Assembly (NCBI GenBank): GCA_964016885.1
Contig: OZ024745.1
Span: 67,952,001 to 68,016,000, forward strand
Length of the DNA stretch: 64,000 nucleotides
Direction of reading: 5' to 3'
Origin: Eledone cirrhosa
Lineage: Eukaryota
Shown in pieces: positions 44,111 to 59,048 of this stretch. The position numbers and the translations under genes were made by a program. Under the pieces are notes generated by a model that worked only from the letters and a program-made list of their open reading frames with translations, made no database searches and was not told the origin of the DNA. The stretch's first letter is position 1; every line of letters begins with the position of its first letter.

Positions 44111-44709
44111 TAACAGATTAAAGTTTAAGTAAAGAATCGCTGCTTTCACCCTTATATATATATATAAATATATATATAAATATAAATATATAAATATAAA
44201 TATAAATTAGCGCGAATCGTATTTCGGCTTTGGAATTAACGAAAAACAACTTCCGAGATGTGTGGCAAGCGCTCAATAATTCTGACGAACCAGAGCTACA
44301 ACATATGTTAAAGGCCAAACACACTGAGACGATGGTTAAACCGTCATCCGCACAGCCATAGAAACGACCAAATAATTCGGGTCAAGCAAATAAAAAAATA
44401 TGTGATTGAAAAATTTACCCGGACCCCTGGATGGTTGGTAAATTCCAGCATTTGGGTTTCTGCGACTCCTAAATCAAGTACTGTCCGCTTAGACAAATAA
44501 TGTTAGGCTTCTGGTAAGATGATTGAACAAGGAAGTCACTTTCTCAACAGGTTTTAGTTCAAGTGCCAGGCAAAGGAATGACCGTTACCGATACCCACGT
44601 GGGGCTCGACAAGGGAGGCAACCCTTATTTTTGGCGGATGAAATTCAGTATGTGTATATTATTGCAAAAATGCAAAATATCACAAAACGAATTAAGCTCT
44701 CAACAGAAT

Positions 44710-44751
<42 letters not shown>

Positions 44752-45009
44752 TATACATATATATATATATATATAGTGTAGGTGATTCAGCGAATTATTG
44801 ATGGTGGTACCAAAGCAACCACTCTATGCACAGAGTATATGTATTAAATAAAACAATGAAGTTTCGTTTACATGTATTAGATTTTTATTGTGTACCAACC
44901 TGTTACGCGTGTTTCGCAGGGGATTTAAAAAAGATATATATAAATATAAAAAGATATATATAAATATATACTACTGTTCTATATTTTTGAGACGAGGAAT
45001 TATTTACAT

Positions 45010-45277
45010 TATATACATTGGACGGATAGGTGTCCTCATCTTGTTTTGTTGTTAACACAACGTTTCCGCTGATGTACTCTCCAGCCTTCATCAGGTGTCC
45101 TAGTGATGTTATTATTAACGTTTGTTCAGGTCACTGAGTACAATTCTAGGCAGTGACCTGAACAAACGTTAATAATAACATCACTAGGACACCTGATGAT
45201 GGCTAGAGAGTACATCAGCCGAAACGTTGTGTTAACAACAAAACAAGATGAGGACACCCATCCGTCCAATGTATATA
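45010..45277. mobile_element. Fold-back element with two hammerheads (45054-45099 minus, 45188-45233 plus)
   Basis: gacac CTGATGA (a/t) ggctg gagagtacat cagcc GAAA c GTT gtgtt (consensus of the arms); palindromic AACGTT stem III; arms of about 125 bp. Confidence 0.82.
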
Positions 45278-46289
45278 ATATAAATATATATATACATATA
45301 TATATATATATGCATTTATACGTAGACAAACAAACAATATATATACGCATTTATACATAGACAAACAAACAAAAAATAAAAAAGAAACGTTTACTCCTAA
45401 CAAACTACAAGTGAAGAAGAAAAAGTTTTCCTATTTAACAACGATCGTTTTGTCATGGTAGAGAGAAATAAAACACAGGGCTAGAAATAGAAATGATAAT
45501 GTTTAGTATCCAGCTAGTTAGATGATTAAAGATTATATCACAGAAAAATCAGTGAAAAAAATGTTTCAAAGAAAATAACTGTTCTGTTGTCATTGCGATG
45601 CGGCAGCTTATATTTTATATTTACCGACTTAATTGGTCTGACTCTTTCATTGTGTTGCTGTATGTATTGTATTGTATTGTATGTATGTATGTATGTATGT
45701 ATGTATGTATGTATGTATGTATGTATGTATGTATGTATGTATGTATGTATGTATGTATGTATGTATGTATGTATGTATGTATGTATGCATGTATCTATCT
45801 ATCTATCTATATCTATATATCTATATATCTATATATATATATATATGTAATTGGCTTCACTTTTACGAAGAATAGGTAATCTTGGGATTTAAATGGCTAG
45901 TTATACATTATTCAGTATCTTTTCGTAGACAGAAGTTTTTCTCTTTGTTATTGGCAATTCTTCTTCTTCTTGCTGTTGTTCTTGTTGTTGTTGCTATTGT
46001 CATCTTCATCGTTGTTGTTGTTGCATACCTTTTAAATGTTTCTCCGTCGATAAGGGAATTATTCTGCTGCTTAGAGATTCGATCATTAATTGTTGTCTGG
46101 CGCCAATGTGGGCGTGTGATGTGTTGTTCAAGGGAGTATTAATATTATATGTGAGTGGGTGAATCAGTACGCTTTTATTTATTTATTTATTTGTTTATTT
46201 ATTTATTTATTTGTTTATTTATCAATGACGATGTCCGCGTAATACTAACATAACGGCGTTTTGAATCGTTTAGTTACACTCCATCAGTG

Positions 46290-46650
46290 ATAGAGAGAGA
46301 GAGAGAAAGAGAAAGAGAAAGAGAGAGAGAGAGAGAATGAGTGAGAGAAAGGGAGAAAGGGAAAGAGATAAAGAAAGAGGGAGAGAGAAAGTGAGAGAAA
46401 GAGAGGGAGAGAGGAAATGTGAGGGAGAGAAAGAGTGAGAGAGAGAGAGTTAAAGAGGGAGAGAGAAAGAGAGGGAAAGAAAGAGAGGGATAGAAAGGGA
46501 GTGAGAGAAAGAGTGAGAGAGAGAGGGAGAAAGCGAAAGAGATGGAGAGAGATAAAGAGAGAAAGAAAGTGTGAGGGAGAGAAAGAGCGTGTGTGAGAGA
46601 TAGAGATAAAGAGGGGGAGAGAAAGTGAAAGAGAGAAAGAAAGAAAAAAC
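46290..46650. repeat. (GA)-rich tract
   Basis: Visible simple repeat. Confidence 0.9.
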
Positions 46651-47574
46651 TATAATATATAAAAAGAACCAACTCTAAATATGACATCGTTTGTTTGAGC
46701 TAATTGATTTTGTTTTTATTTCTGTTTTCTGAAAGCTATTTATTTCCAGACAGGAAGATCCACTTTGAATAGGCCTGTAAATAATTTCATATGGCACTAG
46801 TCTCATCAAAGGGGAGCGAACACAACTTATTTAAGGCTTATAGAAAAATATCATATGCTGCTCTTGTTTAACATTAAATTAAGAAAACCTATGATTAAAA
46901 CCACCCCGGCCTTTATTTACGGGTTTATCAGACCCCTTTCAAGGCCTCCGAGATGGGTGGTAGGAAAGAAGAAAGGTATCATTAAACAGGAGGGAGACCC
47001 GGCCCGAATGCTTGCAACAGAGTGGACTCCGCTAAAGGTACAGAAGGACCAGCTGATGGTGTTAAACCAGGTGATGGATTAAGTCTACCATTCTAGTAAG
47101 CCACAACAGGATTTGAATTCGAAATGCTCATAGTCGGTACAGGTAATGCAAGGAATCGCGTCAGACACTCTAACAATCTCGCTAATCTACCCACAGGATT
47201 GGTACTTTATTTTATGGGCCTTGAAAGGAGGTAAAGTAAAGTTAAACTGTTAAGGATTTGAAATCAGAACCAGAACAAATGCTACAAAGCATTTTGTCTC
47301 TGAATCTAACTCCTCTGCCAATTCGTAATCTATTTATTCATACACAGTGTATCTAAGACTAAGTTATCCAATGCGCCTTCTTTAATTAAGATGTTAGTGT
47401 GTGATTTAGTTGCTATTTCTTGTGATGTGAGCGACCGCATAGAGGCTTCACGAATAGTTCAGCAAATGACCTGAAGATGATCTTATTCTTGCATTTGTCT
47501 TTGTAATTGCTTTTGTAATTTTATGATACTGGCCGATATTCATTATCATTAAACCGTTTTCTTTCCTGTAACAA

Positions 47575-47762
47575 GGGCGGTGTATTGGCAGTATCGGTAG
47601 AGGGTCAGACGCCGTGCTTTGCAGCAAAGAGTTACGGCCCTTTATGGTCTGAGTTCAAATCCCGCCGAGGTTAACTTTGCCTTTCATCCCTACGGGGTCG
47701 ATAAAATAAAGTACCAGTAATACACTGAGATAATTTCTGGCCTTGTGCCAAAAGTAGAAACA
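47575..47762 (+). mobile_element. SINE family A
   Basis: 15-bp TSD attatcattaaaccg at 47542-47556 and 47763-47777, with an extra 5' insert. Confidence 0.92.
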
Positions 47763-48220
47763 ATTATCATTAAACCGACCAATTAACAATGAAATAGCGG
47801 ACATTATAAACACCGATGTCTTCTCTCGGTTAACTTTGTCTTAAGGCTCTAGTGTGGATGATACAAGTAGACAAAATGGACGAGGTTGTGTATCAGATTT
47901 TATTCAGTGCATGGATAGCATTAAAGAATGATTGAAAAAAAAAATACATAGCGCAGCTTATTGCATAAAAATTAATTAGTAAAGTAGGCATTGGTATATT
48001 TGACATGGTAAGCTAACAAATATTAATGTATTAAAGTTAATGAAACATGCAATTCAGTAGGGAAGTGAGTCTGATCTTTTGCAGTGAAATGACGGCGACG
48101 ATCAAAGTTTGGTCTATTAGGTCTCATCCCTCAAACATAGTCTCACTGTAACCGCAAGATGTTAGAATGATTAGAGTTATTGGTTTCTCATGAATGAACA
48201 CCGATCATCTAATAACAAAA

Positions 48221-48406
48221 TAATTGTTTCTATTTTAGGCACAAGGCCAGCAATTACCCAGTACATTACTGGTAATTTATTTTATCGACCCCGTAAGGAT
48301 GAGAGGCAAAGTTAACCTCGGCGGGATTTGAACTCAGATCATAAAGGGACGTAACTCTATGCTTCAAAGCATGGTGTCCGACTCTCTACCAATACTGCCA
48401 ATCCAC
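48221..48406 (-). mobile_element. SINE family A
   Basis: Near-full-length match. Confidence 0.92.
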
Positions 48407-48729
48407 ATGACTGTGAAAAAATAACCAGGGATGTCTACTTCTTGAAAACTTAATAGTAAGATAGGAGCTAGCAGCTATAATGGAGTAAGCCAACAGATTT
48501 TAATTAAAATTGCACCTTAACTGACGAGAGCAATCATATAAATTCAGGTAAAAAAGTTGGGGAGATAATCCTGAAATATTAATTAAGCAGAATCAATGAA
48601 ATTAATTAATTAATGCAATTCGAACATATTTCTACCTTATTGTGCTACATTAGTGAAGCACGTGTTCGTTCATCTGTCTGCAGTCAATGAAGATCTTGAA
48701 TTCGACTATTTGATTGGTTGGGTTTTATA

Positions 48730-49000
48730 TGTCCATAGATGTTTGATGAGTTCGATTCTGACACGGAAGTAGCGACCGCACGTGAAACACACGTGCTCTG
48801 TAACTTTCTTTGAAGTGCCAGTAAAGCGGGATTTGTGGAGCTTGTATCTGGATTCTGTTGTCTGGATGCGAGATTTTCTCTGTGCTCATAGTTTTCAGTG
48901 TTATTTTCGGTCTATCTTTATAGCGCATTTTCCGGTCGCCAACTGTTTTCTTTCCTGTAACAAGCTCATGGAGCAGGGGTTATTTTCGAACGCACATATT
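48730..49000 (-). mobile_element. RTE-clade LINE C-terminal fragment
   Basis: RC: LLHELVTGKKTVGDRKMRYKDRPKITLK and, in another frame, VCFTCGRYFRVRIELIKHL (RTE/BovB-type C2H2 tail). Confidence 0.7.
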
Positions 49001-49892
49001 GTTCATGTAAAGGACAATCGTAAGCGTAACTGGAAGATCTTTGAATGGTTAGAGAGATATAGAATGGTTAGAGAGATATGGTTTTTCATAATGCTTCGCT
49101 GAGAAGGTTTAATATGTCTGAAACATATCTGTAGTTGTCACTAAACTAATAAAAATCAGAGTCTATTTTATTGTATTTAATATTTAAATAACTTTAATTG
49201 AATAAATTTTCGCAGTTGTCTCCACTGAACTTTTTTCCTTCGAATAATTAGTCATTTAAATATTGATTATTTTCCTCATTAAAGGTGCTACTTTAATTAA
49301 TTATCTCGGTTTGCTACATAAACTATGTTAGCACCTACTGTGTTATGAATAACATTCGTTGGTAACCCCAAGAAAAGATTAACATTAAAGTCTCATTGTA
49401 ACAGCCATTTTGTTAAAAGGAAAAGAAAAACTATTTTCATCAAATAACTTGTTTTAGTGATGAAGGAAGAGAAGAGAAATGAAAAGGGAGTTGTATATAG
49501 TAGCATATGTCTATTAATTTATCAACTGATTTATTCTGGCGGCGAATTAATAGAGTCGTTAGTGCGTCGCTATTTATTTCAGTTCTTTGTGCTACAAGAT
49601 CAATTTCCATTGCAGTCAGTTTTGTCTTTCATCCTTCTGGGGTTGTTAAATAAGGTACAAGCGCAACGGTGGTAGTTTGGCGGAATTGTTAAAAAGTCGC
49701 ACGTATTACTTTGCGATATCTGACCCGATCCTGTGCGTTCTGAGCTTAAATCTGTTTTCCTTCGATCAAGAATTGCAACCGACAGATAGTATCAGCAATG
49801 GGAAAATTAATGGATATGTAGTTAGTTTCGTTGGTCCGATATGACAGTTGGCTCCTTCCCTTTTATATTATTATAATTTTTTAGTTGCAGGG

Positions 49893-50075
49893 AAGTGGAT
49901 TGACAGTATCGGTAGAGCGTCGGACAACGGTCTGAGTTCAAATCCCGCCGATGCTAGCTTTGTCTTTCATCTTTACGGGAGTCGATAAAATATAGTACCA
50001 GTAACGCACTGGGGTCGATTTAACTGACTCTCTCCTCCTACAAAATTGTTGGTCTTATACCTAAATCAGAAACCT
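49893..50075 (+). mobile_element. SINE family A (diverged long variant)
   Basis: Partial match with B box and central domain. Confidence 0.75.
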
Positions 50076-51289
50076 TTGTTCTTTAGTTGTAGCAGAGAAA
50101 TAGATATATAATTGTTTGTGTAGTAGCAACGAAATAGAGCCAAGAGTTATGTTATTAAATTACGCCAAACCGTTTTGCTTGCTTTGGAAAAAAATATACT
50201 CAAACAAACACAATTAAGGTTGCGATCAACAATAATGGAACCCTCGAAGAATATCATTTTTCTCCAAATGTTTGAATTGAAAAGTATTCAATTCAATATC
50301 TGTTTCTTTTTTCTATGTTTTGATCTGGAGAAAGGATGGAGATGTGCTTATGGCATCCCCCCATTCCGAAACTGTCTGTTTATTTGACAACGTTTATGAC
50401 ATCAATACTTGTTTCATTCTTAACCATGAGAAATCACCTCTGATCTGATTGTTGTATTATGCTGGCTACATATGTAAGTTATATACTTCTTGATTTTATG
50501 GCCGAAACTTATCAAGTAATATTTGTTAACGTTGGCATCAAAATCATACAAAATATAAATGAAATATTGCAACTAAATGAAAATAGAAAGTGGAGTTATG
50601 TTAAATGTTAAGAATTATTATTAACAGGAAAATAGGAAAAATATACTTGACAAAGAAGTTATGGTAATGGCTATCTTGTACAAACAATGATGGCGGTAAT
50701 ATATTGAAAAGCTTGATTGATACAGGAAAAGTAAATAATGGGTGTAATAATAAGAAAAACGAAGGAAAACGTACTTAAGGGAAAATGAGAGCATTTTCTT
50801 TCGAAAGAAGATTTTATTTTGGAAATAATGCCGTAGTTATTTATGTCTGGCAGAAAACAATGTAGAAAAATAGATAATGAGAAATATTGGTAAAAAAGGA
50901 AATAACAGATAACACATATATTGGAATAAATCGTTAATCTTACTTCATTTCTTCGAAGACAATATGTGTGGTTTTGGCAGGAGGTTGTAAAAAACAAACT
51001 GGCAACACGATAACTTTAACACTTTATAATATACTGATGATTCATCGTGATTAAAAATGAGACAATTTCTGATTAATGATGTTTATATGTACAATGAGAA
51101 AAACAGAAAAACAGAAATACCTTAAATAAGGAAGACCAATCTAACTCAACCAATGGATTCCATTATTCAGGGTATGTTTGATAGGAATGATAACATTTAT
51201 AACAAATACAAACATAACACTTATATAATGTATTCATTTTCTCTGAGAAGAAGAAGAAGAGCCTGTATGAAGTCGATAAAAATAATCAG

Positions 51290-51930
51290 TTAATCCCAAA
51301 CAGTCAGAATAGATTCCTATGATAATATGAATGACGAAGCTAAGTTTATCGCTAGAAAGTTAAAAGTTGACACTAGGATGGAGCGTCTTGCCAAACTTGA
51401 AACCTTCATCACATTGAAGGACCACAAGGCTGGTTTAACTAATAGATCCAGCTGTAGATTACTGAACCCCACCAGAACTGCGTTAGGACTAGCCAGTAAG
51501 AAAATACTAAGGGATATAAATATACGCATTAGCAAAAATACTACCCTATTACAATGGAATAATATCCTGATTCAAAGATATATCTTCAAAGAATAGACAT
51601 ACGTTCACCCAGTTTGACATAGTGGACTGTTACTCCTCAATTTCTTGGGCACTATTAGTTAGCGCTTTAGAGTACGTCCATAGGTTTATCACTGTTAATG
51701 ATTATAAGTTGTTATCATGCATACCCACAAAACCCTGCTCTACACCAATGGGTCTGTTTGGCTAAATAAATCCGAGACAGAAGATCCTTTTGATATCTCA
51801 ATGGAGTCATACGACAGCACTGGTGTGAATTACACATTCTTAATATATTAAATAATAAAACCTCAATCACGCCGTTGGGGTATCCGAAACAATGACCTGG
51901 CCTTATCACACCTTAAATAAATTTCGTAAA
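51290..51930 (+). pseudogene. Penelope-like (Naiad-type) reverse transcriptase fragment
   Basis: TFITLKDHK...CRLLNPTRTALGLASKKIL...QWNN, then (frameshifted) FTQFDIVDCYSSIS...HKTLLY...W...FDISMESYDS. Confidence 0.88.
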
Positions 51931-52299
51931 GATTTTACATACATACATACATACATATACAGTCAACGCGATCAGTCGCATATTTTGGCGTGGGAGACTA
52001 TTTATTAAATTTAAGATGAATACTATCTCCGACAGTAATGCCACAACTACAGTAATGTTGAATAACTGGTTATTCTTCTAACTATATCTTCTGAAGACAC
52101 TTTTTATTCGAATTCGTAGAGATATCCGACTAAATAAATATTTAATTTTACAAGGATTTGCTACAACCAGCATGGCTGAACACAACATCAACAGCAACAT
52201 TAAGGAAGTACCGAAGACAACCAACAAGAAAGGTTAACAAACTTTATTCAGTTGTAGCTACAGAAGAAACCGAAATTATAAATCGCATTTCTCTTGGAG

Positions 52300-53365
52300 T
52301 TGCGAACTTAATAATGATTTATTTAATTGTTATAAAATGGCAAAAAAACCTCCTCCATTGGCTATATGAACAGAATGAAGCTACACTGGGACGAAATACA
52401 CCCAGAGCTAAATCACTTCACAGCGAAACAATTACGCCAACAAGCGACGTTTGTTGAATGTAAAAATAAGATAAATATTATTAATTGTAAGTCCCCCACA
52501 ACAAACGTGGAATCAACAACACGTGCTACAGGTCGCCATGCTACTAGACTTCCTAGCAGCCAGGTTGAACAGCGCCTTGAAACAACTATGTCTGTAAGAA
52601 ACTTGACACCACTTGTACCATCTAAGTCTACCTCGAATGCTGGGGAAAACACTATCGATAGAAATAATAATAATAATCGAAGAAATAATAATAATAATCG
52701 AAGAAATTAGACACCACGTATACCATCCGGATCTACCTCGACTGTTGTAGAAAATACTATCGATAATGATAATAATCAAAAGTATAAACAATTGAAAATT
52801 TCCCCCAACGAAATCTTCCAGAGAGAAATTAATTCATGTATAAATATTTCTCTTGCTGAACGTATTAAAACGACAATATTTAATAAAAAAAACAAATAAT
52901 GAAATATTACGTGTTATTGACGAAATAGGGGATGAATATTTACGACGGATAAAAACCCCAACATTTTGGCAAATCAACGCCTGTTTATATGCCTTAGCCA
53001 CGACAGTGAAGCATTATCTTGGTGATAGCAGAGATATTAACAAGTACAAAACACCACAAAAATACCATCATATATAACTAAAATAGAAAAAAAGATTGCT
53101 GACCTACGAAAAACCATAGGATATGTGACAATGCTTCTTACATGCAAACAAACACAAAAAACCTCACTCCTCACCAACAAAGAGTGAAAAATAAAATAGA
53201 GACGCTGTTTGGTAACAGTAGAACCAGAACTCTTCAATATAAGCTGATCACCCTCAAACAAGAATTGAGAGCTGTTAGAGAAAAACGCCGACACCTGAAG
53301 AAGGTAGATAAGAGAAAAGTGCTTAATAAAAGATTCAGACGAAACCAAAACATCAATCTATAGAG
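52300..53365 (+). mobile_element. R4/Dong-like RLE retrotransposon, pre-RT region fragment
   Basis: WDEIHPEL..FTAKQLRQQA; FWQINACLYALA; KIEKKIADLRK; KLITLKQELRAVREKRRHLKKVDKRKVLNKRFRRNQ resembles the conserved pre-RT region of R4-clade elements. Confidence 0.7.
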
Positions 53366-53532
53366 ATATGAAGAACATGCAAGCATACACACAAAATGCA
53401 CGCGTATATACATATTCATCTATCCATCCATTTCACAATCTACCCATACATACATGTACCATGCAAGCATACAATCATATATTCACCTATCTACCCATCC
53501 AGCTACCCATCCATCCATTTATACATACATAG

Positions 53533-53745
53533 ATAAGCCGTAGAATATCCAATATATCCGTCTCTAAGAAAATATTTGATGAGGCAGTCACATATTATAA
53601 AAAAATGGTCCTCGTAGATAGCAGTTTCAAAGATAAGATCTAAAACATAAACGACAGCTTCACAAAAAAATAGATCTAAGGATATACCTAGAAAAGTTAT
53701 CTGGTTCACACACGCTTTCCCTTTGAATGTAAAGACTAGCGAGAA
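53533..53745 (+). pseudogene. Continuation of the Naiad-type PLE ORF (thumb/linker)
   Basis: ISRRISNISVSKKIFDEAVTYYK...RKVIWFT..F.LNVKT, compared with the consensus ISKRIS..S....F......Y...IIWFNPPFS.NVKT. Confidence 0.75.
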
Positions 53746-54265
53746 AAATATTGAAGATCGTTGGTCTAATGAAAGGGAATGAATAAACTATATGTGGAAA
53801 TTCACCGTTTCTGACTCTGCAATATATTTAAACACTTTGGAAGAATTTCATAGTATGATAATGTAGTTCTTGAGAGTCATATCTAGGCTGAAATAAATAA
53901 ATCATTTCCCGACTATGATTACATAGAAATCGTATTGTTCTGTAAAACCTAAAGCTTCAGTAGATTATGTTAATATAATAGCCGGTTGCGTTTCATGTTA
54001 GACCCATAAACAACATAAAACGCATACGATTCATATAAGTTCGGGGCTAGCAGCAGTATTTGGTGCATCTTGTAACTTCTATGTGATCAATAACAGCAGA
54101 TGTATTATATTAATTGATATTCTAATCGATAAATTGCAATGCATTCATATATGTGAATTATATCGGACACAGTACTACTTTGTTTCCCAAACAGTATGAT
54201 GATACAGAGTCAAGTAGGGGTTGTGTATAAATACTGAGATAACTATAAGCACATGTCTTTTGAAG

Positions 54266-55135
<870 letters not shown>

Positions 55136-55369
55136 TATACAAATGAACCTCAGTAGAATACTGTTGTGACCCAGTGTCATTTATTTATGAAACATGTTAT
55201 GCTAATAAATTATAATGTATGCGTGGACAGACATAGTGGATTGTGAATAAATGTATGTGCACACATACACACACATATTATCTCGTACATAATACATGCA
55301 TTCATATATAGTAGTGGAAGCCTACTCAAGTACGAGTACGGCCACTTCTTAGGCCACATACACACAACA

Positions 55370-55787
55370 AAATAATTGTTTCTACTTTTGGCACAAGGCC
55401 AGCAATTACCCAGTGCATTACTGGTACTTTATTTTATCGACCCCCGTAAGGATGAAAGGCAAAGTTAACCTCGGCGGGATTTGAACTCAGATCATAAAGG
55501 GACGTAACTCTATGCGTCAAAGCATGGCGCCCGACCCTCTACCGATACTGCCAATCCACCGCCCTTACACACAAAAAATAATTGTTCTACTTTAGGCACA
55601 AGGCCAGCAATTACCCAGTGCATTACTGGTACTTTATTTTATCGACCCCGTAAGGATGAAAGGCAAAGTTAACCTCGGCGGGATTTGAACTCAGATCATA
55701 AAGGGACGTAACTCTATGCGTCAAAGCATGGCGCTCGACCCTCTACCGATACTGCCAATCCACCGCCCTTACACACAAAAAATAATA
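55370..55787 (-). mobile_element. Head-to-tail dimer of SINE family A
   Basis: Two nearly identical units of about 203 bp, separated and followed by cttacacacaaaaaataat. Confidence 0.92.
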
Positions 55788-55799
55788 TTGGCAAAAACG

Positions 55800-56600
55800 T
55801 GTTGCAGATGTTGTTGTTCTTGATATCCTCTTAGATGGCTCATCAAACGAGGAAGTGCCTTACAAGTCATACCACACAATGTGCAGATAAATTTTCCGTC
55901 TGCTTGAGTTTGCTTAGCGTAGCATGCTTTGTGGTGTTGTGTTATCTCACTTGCAGAGGCATACACTTTGGTACAGATGCCACATGCAAAATCAAGGTGC
56001 ATGTGGCACTCAAAGGAGTTATTTCCATGAGTATGACGTCTGCTATGGCTATGTAGCTCAGTCTTTGACATGCATACGCGTCCGCATTCCTCATAGGTAA
56101 GAGTCTCTTTCGAGCTTTGATCTGGGAGCGAACAAATATCCGCCATATATTTAGCTGCTCACCTCATTTCAGCACAGGCCCTCAGCTTCTTTTCAAATTC
56201 CATAACACTGGTACCAGTCAGATTTCACCATTGGACTTTGTCTGTTGCAAGATTTTCTCATGTTTCGGTGTTGATATTGACCTTCTTCAGACTATCTTTC
56301 AGGCAGCCTTTAAAGTGCTGTGTGACTTGCACTGCAGGCGTTTGCCTCGCCACAACTTTCCATGCAATACTTTCTTTGGGAGTCTACAGACCCCCAGGGA
56401 CGCTGTTTCATGATCATGGTCTCAATGCTTGGCATACAGGCTCGCTGCAGCAACATCAGTGTCTGGTGTATGAGACCTCCATGAGATCTTGAGGATGATC
56501 GAAAGCATTGTTGGTGGAAACGTTCGAGACCCTGGATATGCCTACACCAAATTGTACATATCTCACACCCATATAGCAAGACTGTAAGCACAACAATGTC
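55800..56600 (-). mobile_element. RTE/BovB-like LINE C-terminal region with three C2H2-like fingers
   Basis: VLTVLLYGCE..T....HIQGLERFHQQCFR...LLQRACMPSIETMI; ECGRVCMSKTELHSHSRRH, CGICTKV...ITQHHKAC, CTLCGMTCK...LMSHLR. Confidence 0.82.
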
Positions 56601-56761
56601 CTTTTCAGGTTGATTGTCAACGCAAACATTCAAGCAGAATGTTATGCGCAACGTGCACACATATATACAGTACATACATATATACATATATACATACCTA
56701 CGTACACACATGCATACACATACATCTATACATATATGTGTATATAAATATTACACACACA

Positions 56762-56800
<39 letters not shown>

Positions 56801-57059
56801 GTGTATATATAAACACACACACATATATACGGTAGGTGAAGTATAACTTAATTTTATGGGCTTCTCACGAAAGACAACATTTCATAATATATTCATACCA
56901 AATTCTTAACGAACAAATCTCCAAGTGAAATATTGATATAGTGTAATATATCTTAAGTACAACATTTAGATATAATGTTATATTTATTCGTTTAAGTCTT
57001 TCTTAGGTAAAGTGTTAACGTTGTTGTATCATGTAAATATTCACTTAATAGTAATTAGG

Positions 57060-57242
57060 TAGAAGAGAGCGAGTGAGTGTGAGGGAGCTAGAGAGATAAA
57101 GGGAGGTAGGGACAGAGAAAAAGAGAGAGAGAGGACACAGAGAGGAGAACGAGAGAGAAGAGAGAGAGAAGAGAGAGAGAAGAGAGAGAGAAGAGAGAGA
57201 GAAGAGAGGAAAGTAGGGCAGAGAGAGAATGAGAGAGAGAAC

Positions 57243-57286
<44 letters not shown>

Positions 57287-57425
57287 GAGAGAGAGAAGTA
57301 GAGACAGAGTGAGTGAGAGAGAGAAAGAGGAAAGTAGGAACAGCGAGATAACAAGAGAGGGAGAAGAAGAGGAAGAGAGAGAGAGAGAGAGAGAGCGAGA
57401 GAAAGGAAAGTACGGAGTGAGAGAG

Positions 57426-57466
<41 letters not shown>

Positions 57467-57585
57467 TAGGGACAGAAGAGAGATAGAGAGAGAGATAGCG
57501 AGTGAGAGAGAGGAAGGTAGAGAGAGTGAAGGGGAGGGTGAATGAGAGTGTGAGAAAGAGATGCAGGTACGAGAAAGAGAGAGGT
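57060..57585. repeat. (GA)-rich tract
   Basis: Visible simple repeat. Confidence 0.9.
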
Positions 57586-57699
57586 GGGTTAGAAAGAAAG
57601 CCTAATAGTTTGGTTACACTCCAGAAGAAGAGGCCAACTAAAACATGAATTATAAATAAAAATCTACCTTTGAACCAAGATGCATTAAAAAATATTAAT

Positions 57700-58530
57700 A
57701 ATAGTTTCTGATTAAGGCAGTGATTTAGTCAATTAAAACAACACCAGTGCATTACTGGTACATTATTTTATCGACCCCGTAAGGACGAAAGGCAAAGCTA
57801 ACGTTGGCGGGATTTGAAATCAGAATATAAACGAACGTAACTATATAGCACAAAGTATGTTGTTCGCCGATCTACCGATTCTTACCAATCCACTAGCCTA
57901 TAAAATAATATTAATAATGGGTTCTGATTTAGGCAAAAGGCCAGCAATTTGAAGGGATGGGGAAGTCGATAACATCGATTTCAGTGTGTTATTGGTGCTT
58001 TATTTTATCGACCATGTAAGAATGAAACCAAGACTAACCTCGGTGGGATTTGAATTCAGAACGTAAAGTGCCTGAACTCTATGCGTTAAAACATGTCGAC
58101 CGACGATCTACTAATTACTGCTAATCCACCACCCTATAGGAAATCTTAAGAATGATAATTATAATTGTTTCTACTTTTGGCACAAGGCCAGCAATTACCC
58201 AATGCATTACTGGTACTTTATTCTATCGACCCCGGAAGGATGAACGGCAAAGTTAACCTCGGCGGGATTTGAACTCAGATCATACAGGGAGGTAACTCTA
58301 TGCTTCAAAGCATGGCATTCGATCCTCTACCGATACTGCCAATCCACCGCAAGAATGATAATTATAATGATAATGATTAAATATAATAAATGTTCTGTGA
58401 TGATAATTTTGAAGAAAATTACTTGGTACAAACATACGTTCATTTACTTTTATAACTGAAGATATGTACTTTATTTTATCGGCCCCGTAAGGATGAAATG
58501 ATTTGAAATCAGAACGTAAACGAACGTAAC
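57700..58530 (-). mobile_element. Cluster of four family-A SINEs of different ages
   Basis: Diverged copies at about 57705-57900, 57920-58135 and 58465-58530; a young copy at 58163-58350 has the 18-bp TSD aagaatgataattataat. Confidence 0.85.
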
Positions 58531-58966
58531 TGGGAAAACCTTCGTATCTAAGCTCCATCAAGCCAATGTTTATTGCAGTACTTCAATGTATGCTAAAGTG
58601 TTAGTTGTTCTGTCATCAGCACAAAAGTACAAATTTCAGAGAAGAGTTTCATAGCTTATGATTCTAATTTTGAAAAAAATGTGACCTTATGAAAGATATC
58701 AGCTACCTAAGTACAGTTCTGTGGCTTACATCTTAGAGACTACATTCACCCACACATACATACATACATACTTACGTAAATACATAATACTTACATACAT
58801 ACTTACATACATACATACATACATAGATGCATACACTCAATACAAACATACACACATATATTCATCCATACATTCATATTACATACATACATACGTACTT
58901 ACATACATATATACATAGATACATGCATATGTACATACATATATAAATACACATATACGTGCATAC

Positions 58967-59045
<79 letters not shown>

Positions 59046-59048
59046 CAT

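Noticed and set aside
46855-47082. 75-aa ORF with an EWTP motif
   Set aside because: Only a faint resemblance to a LINE C-terminus; not supportable
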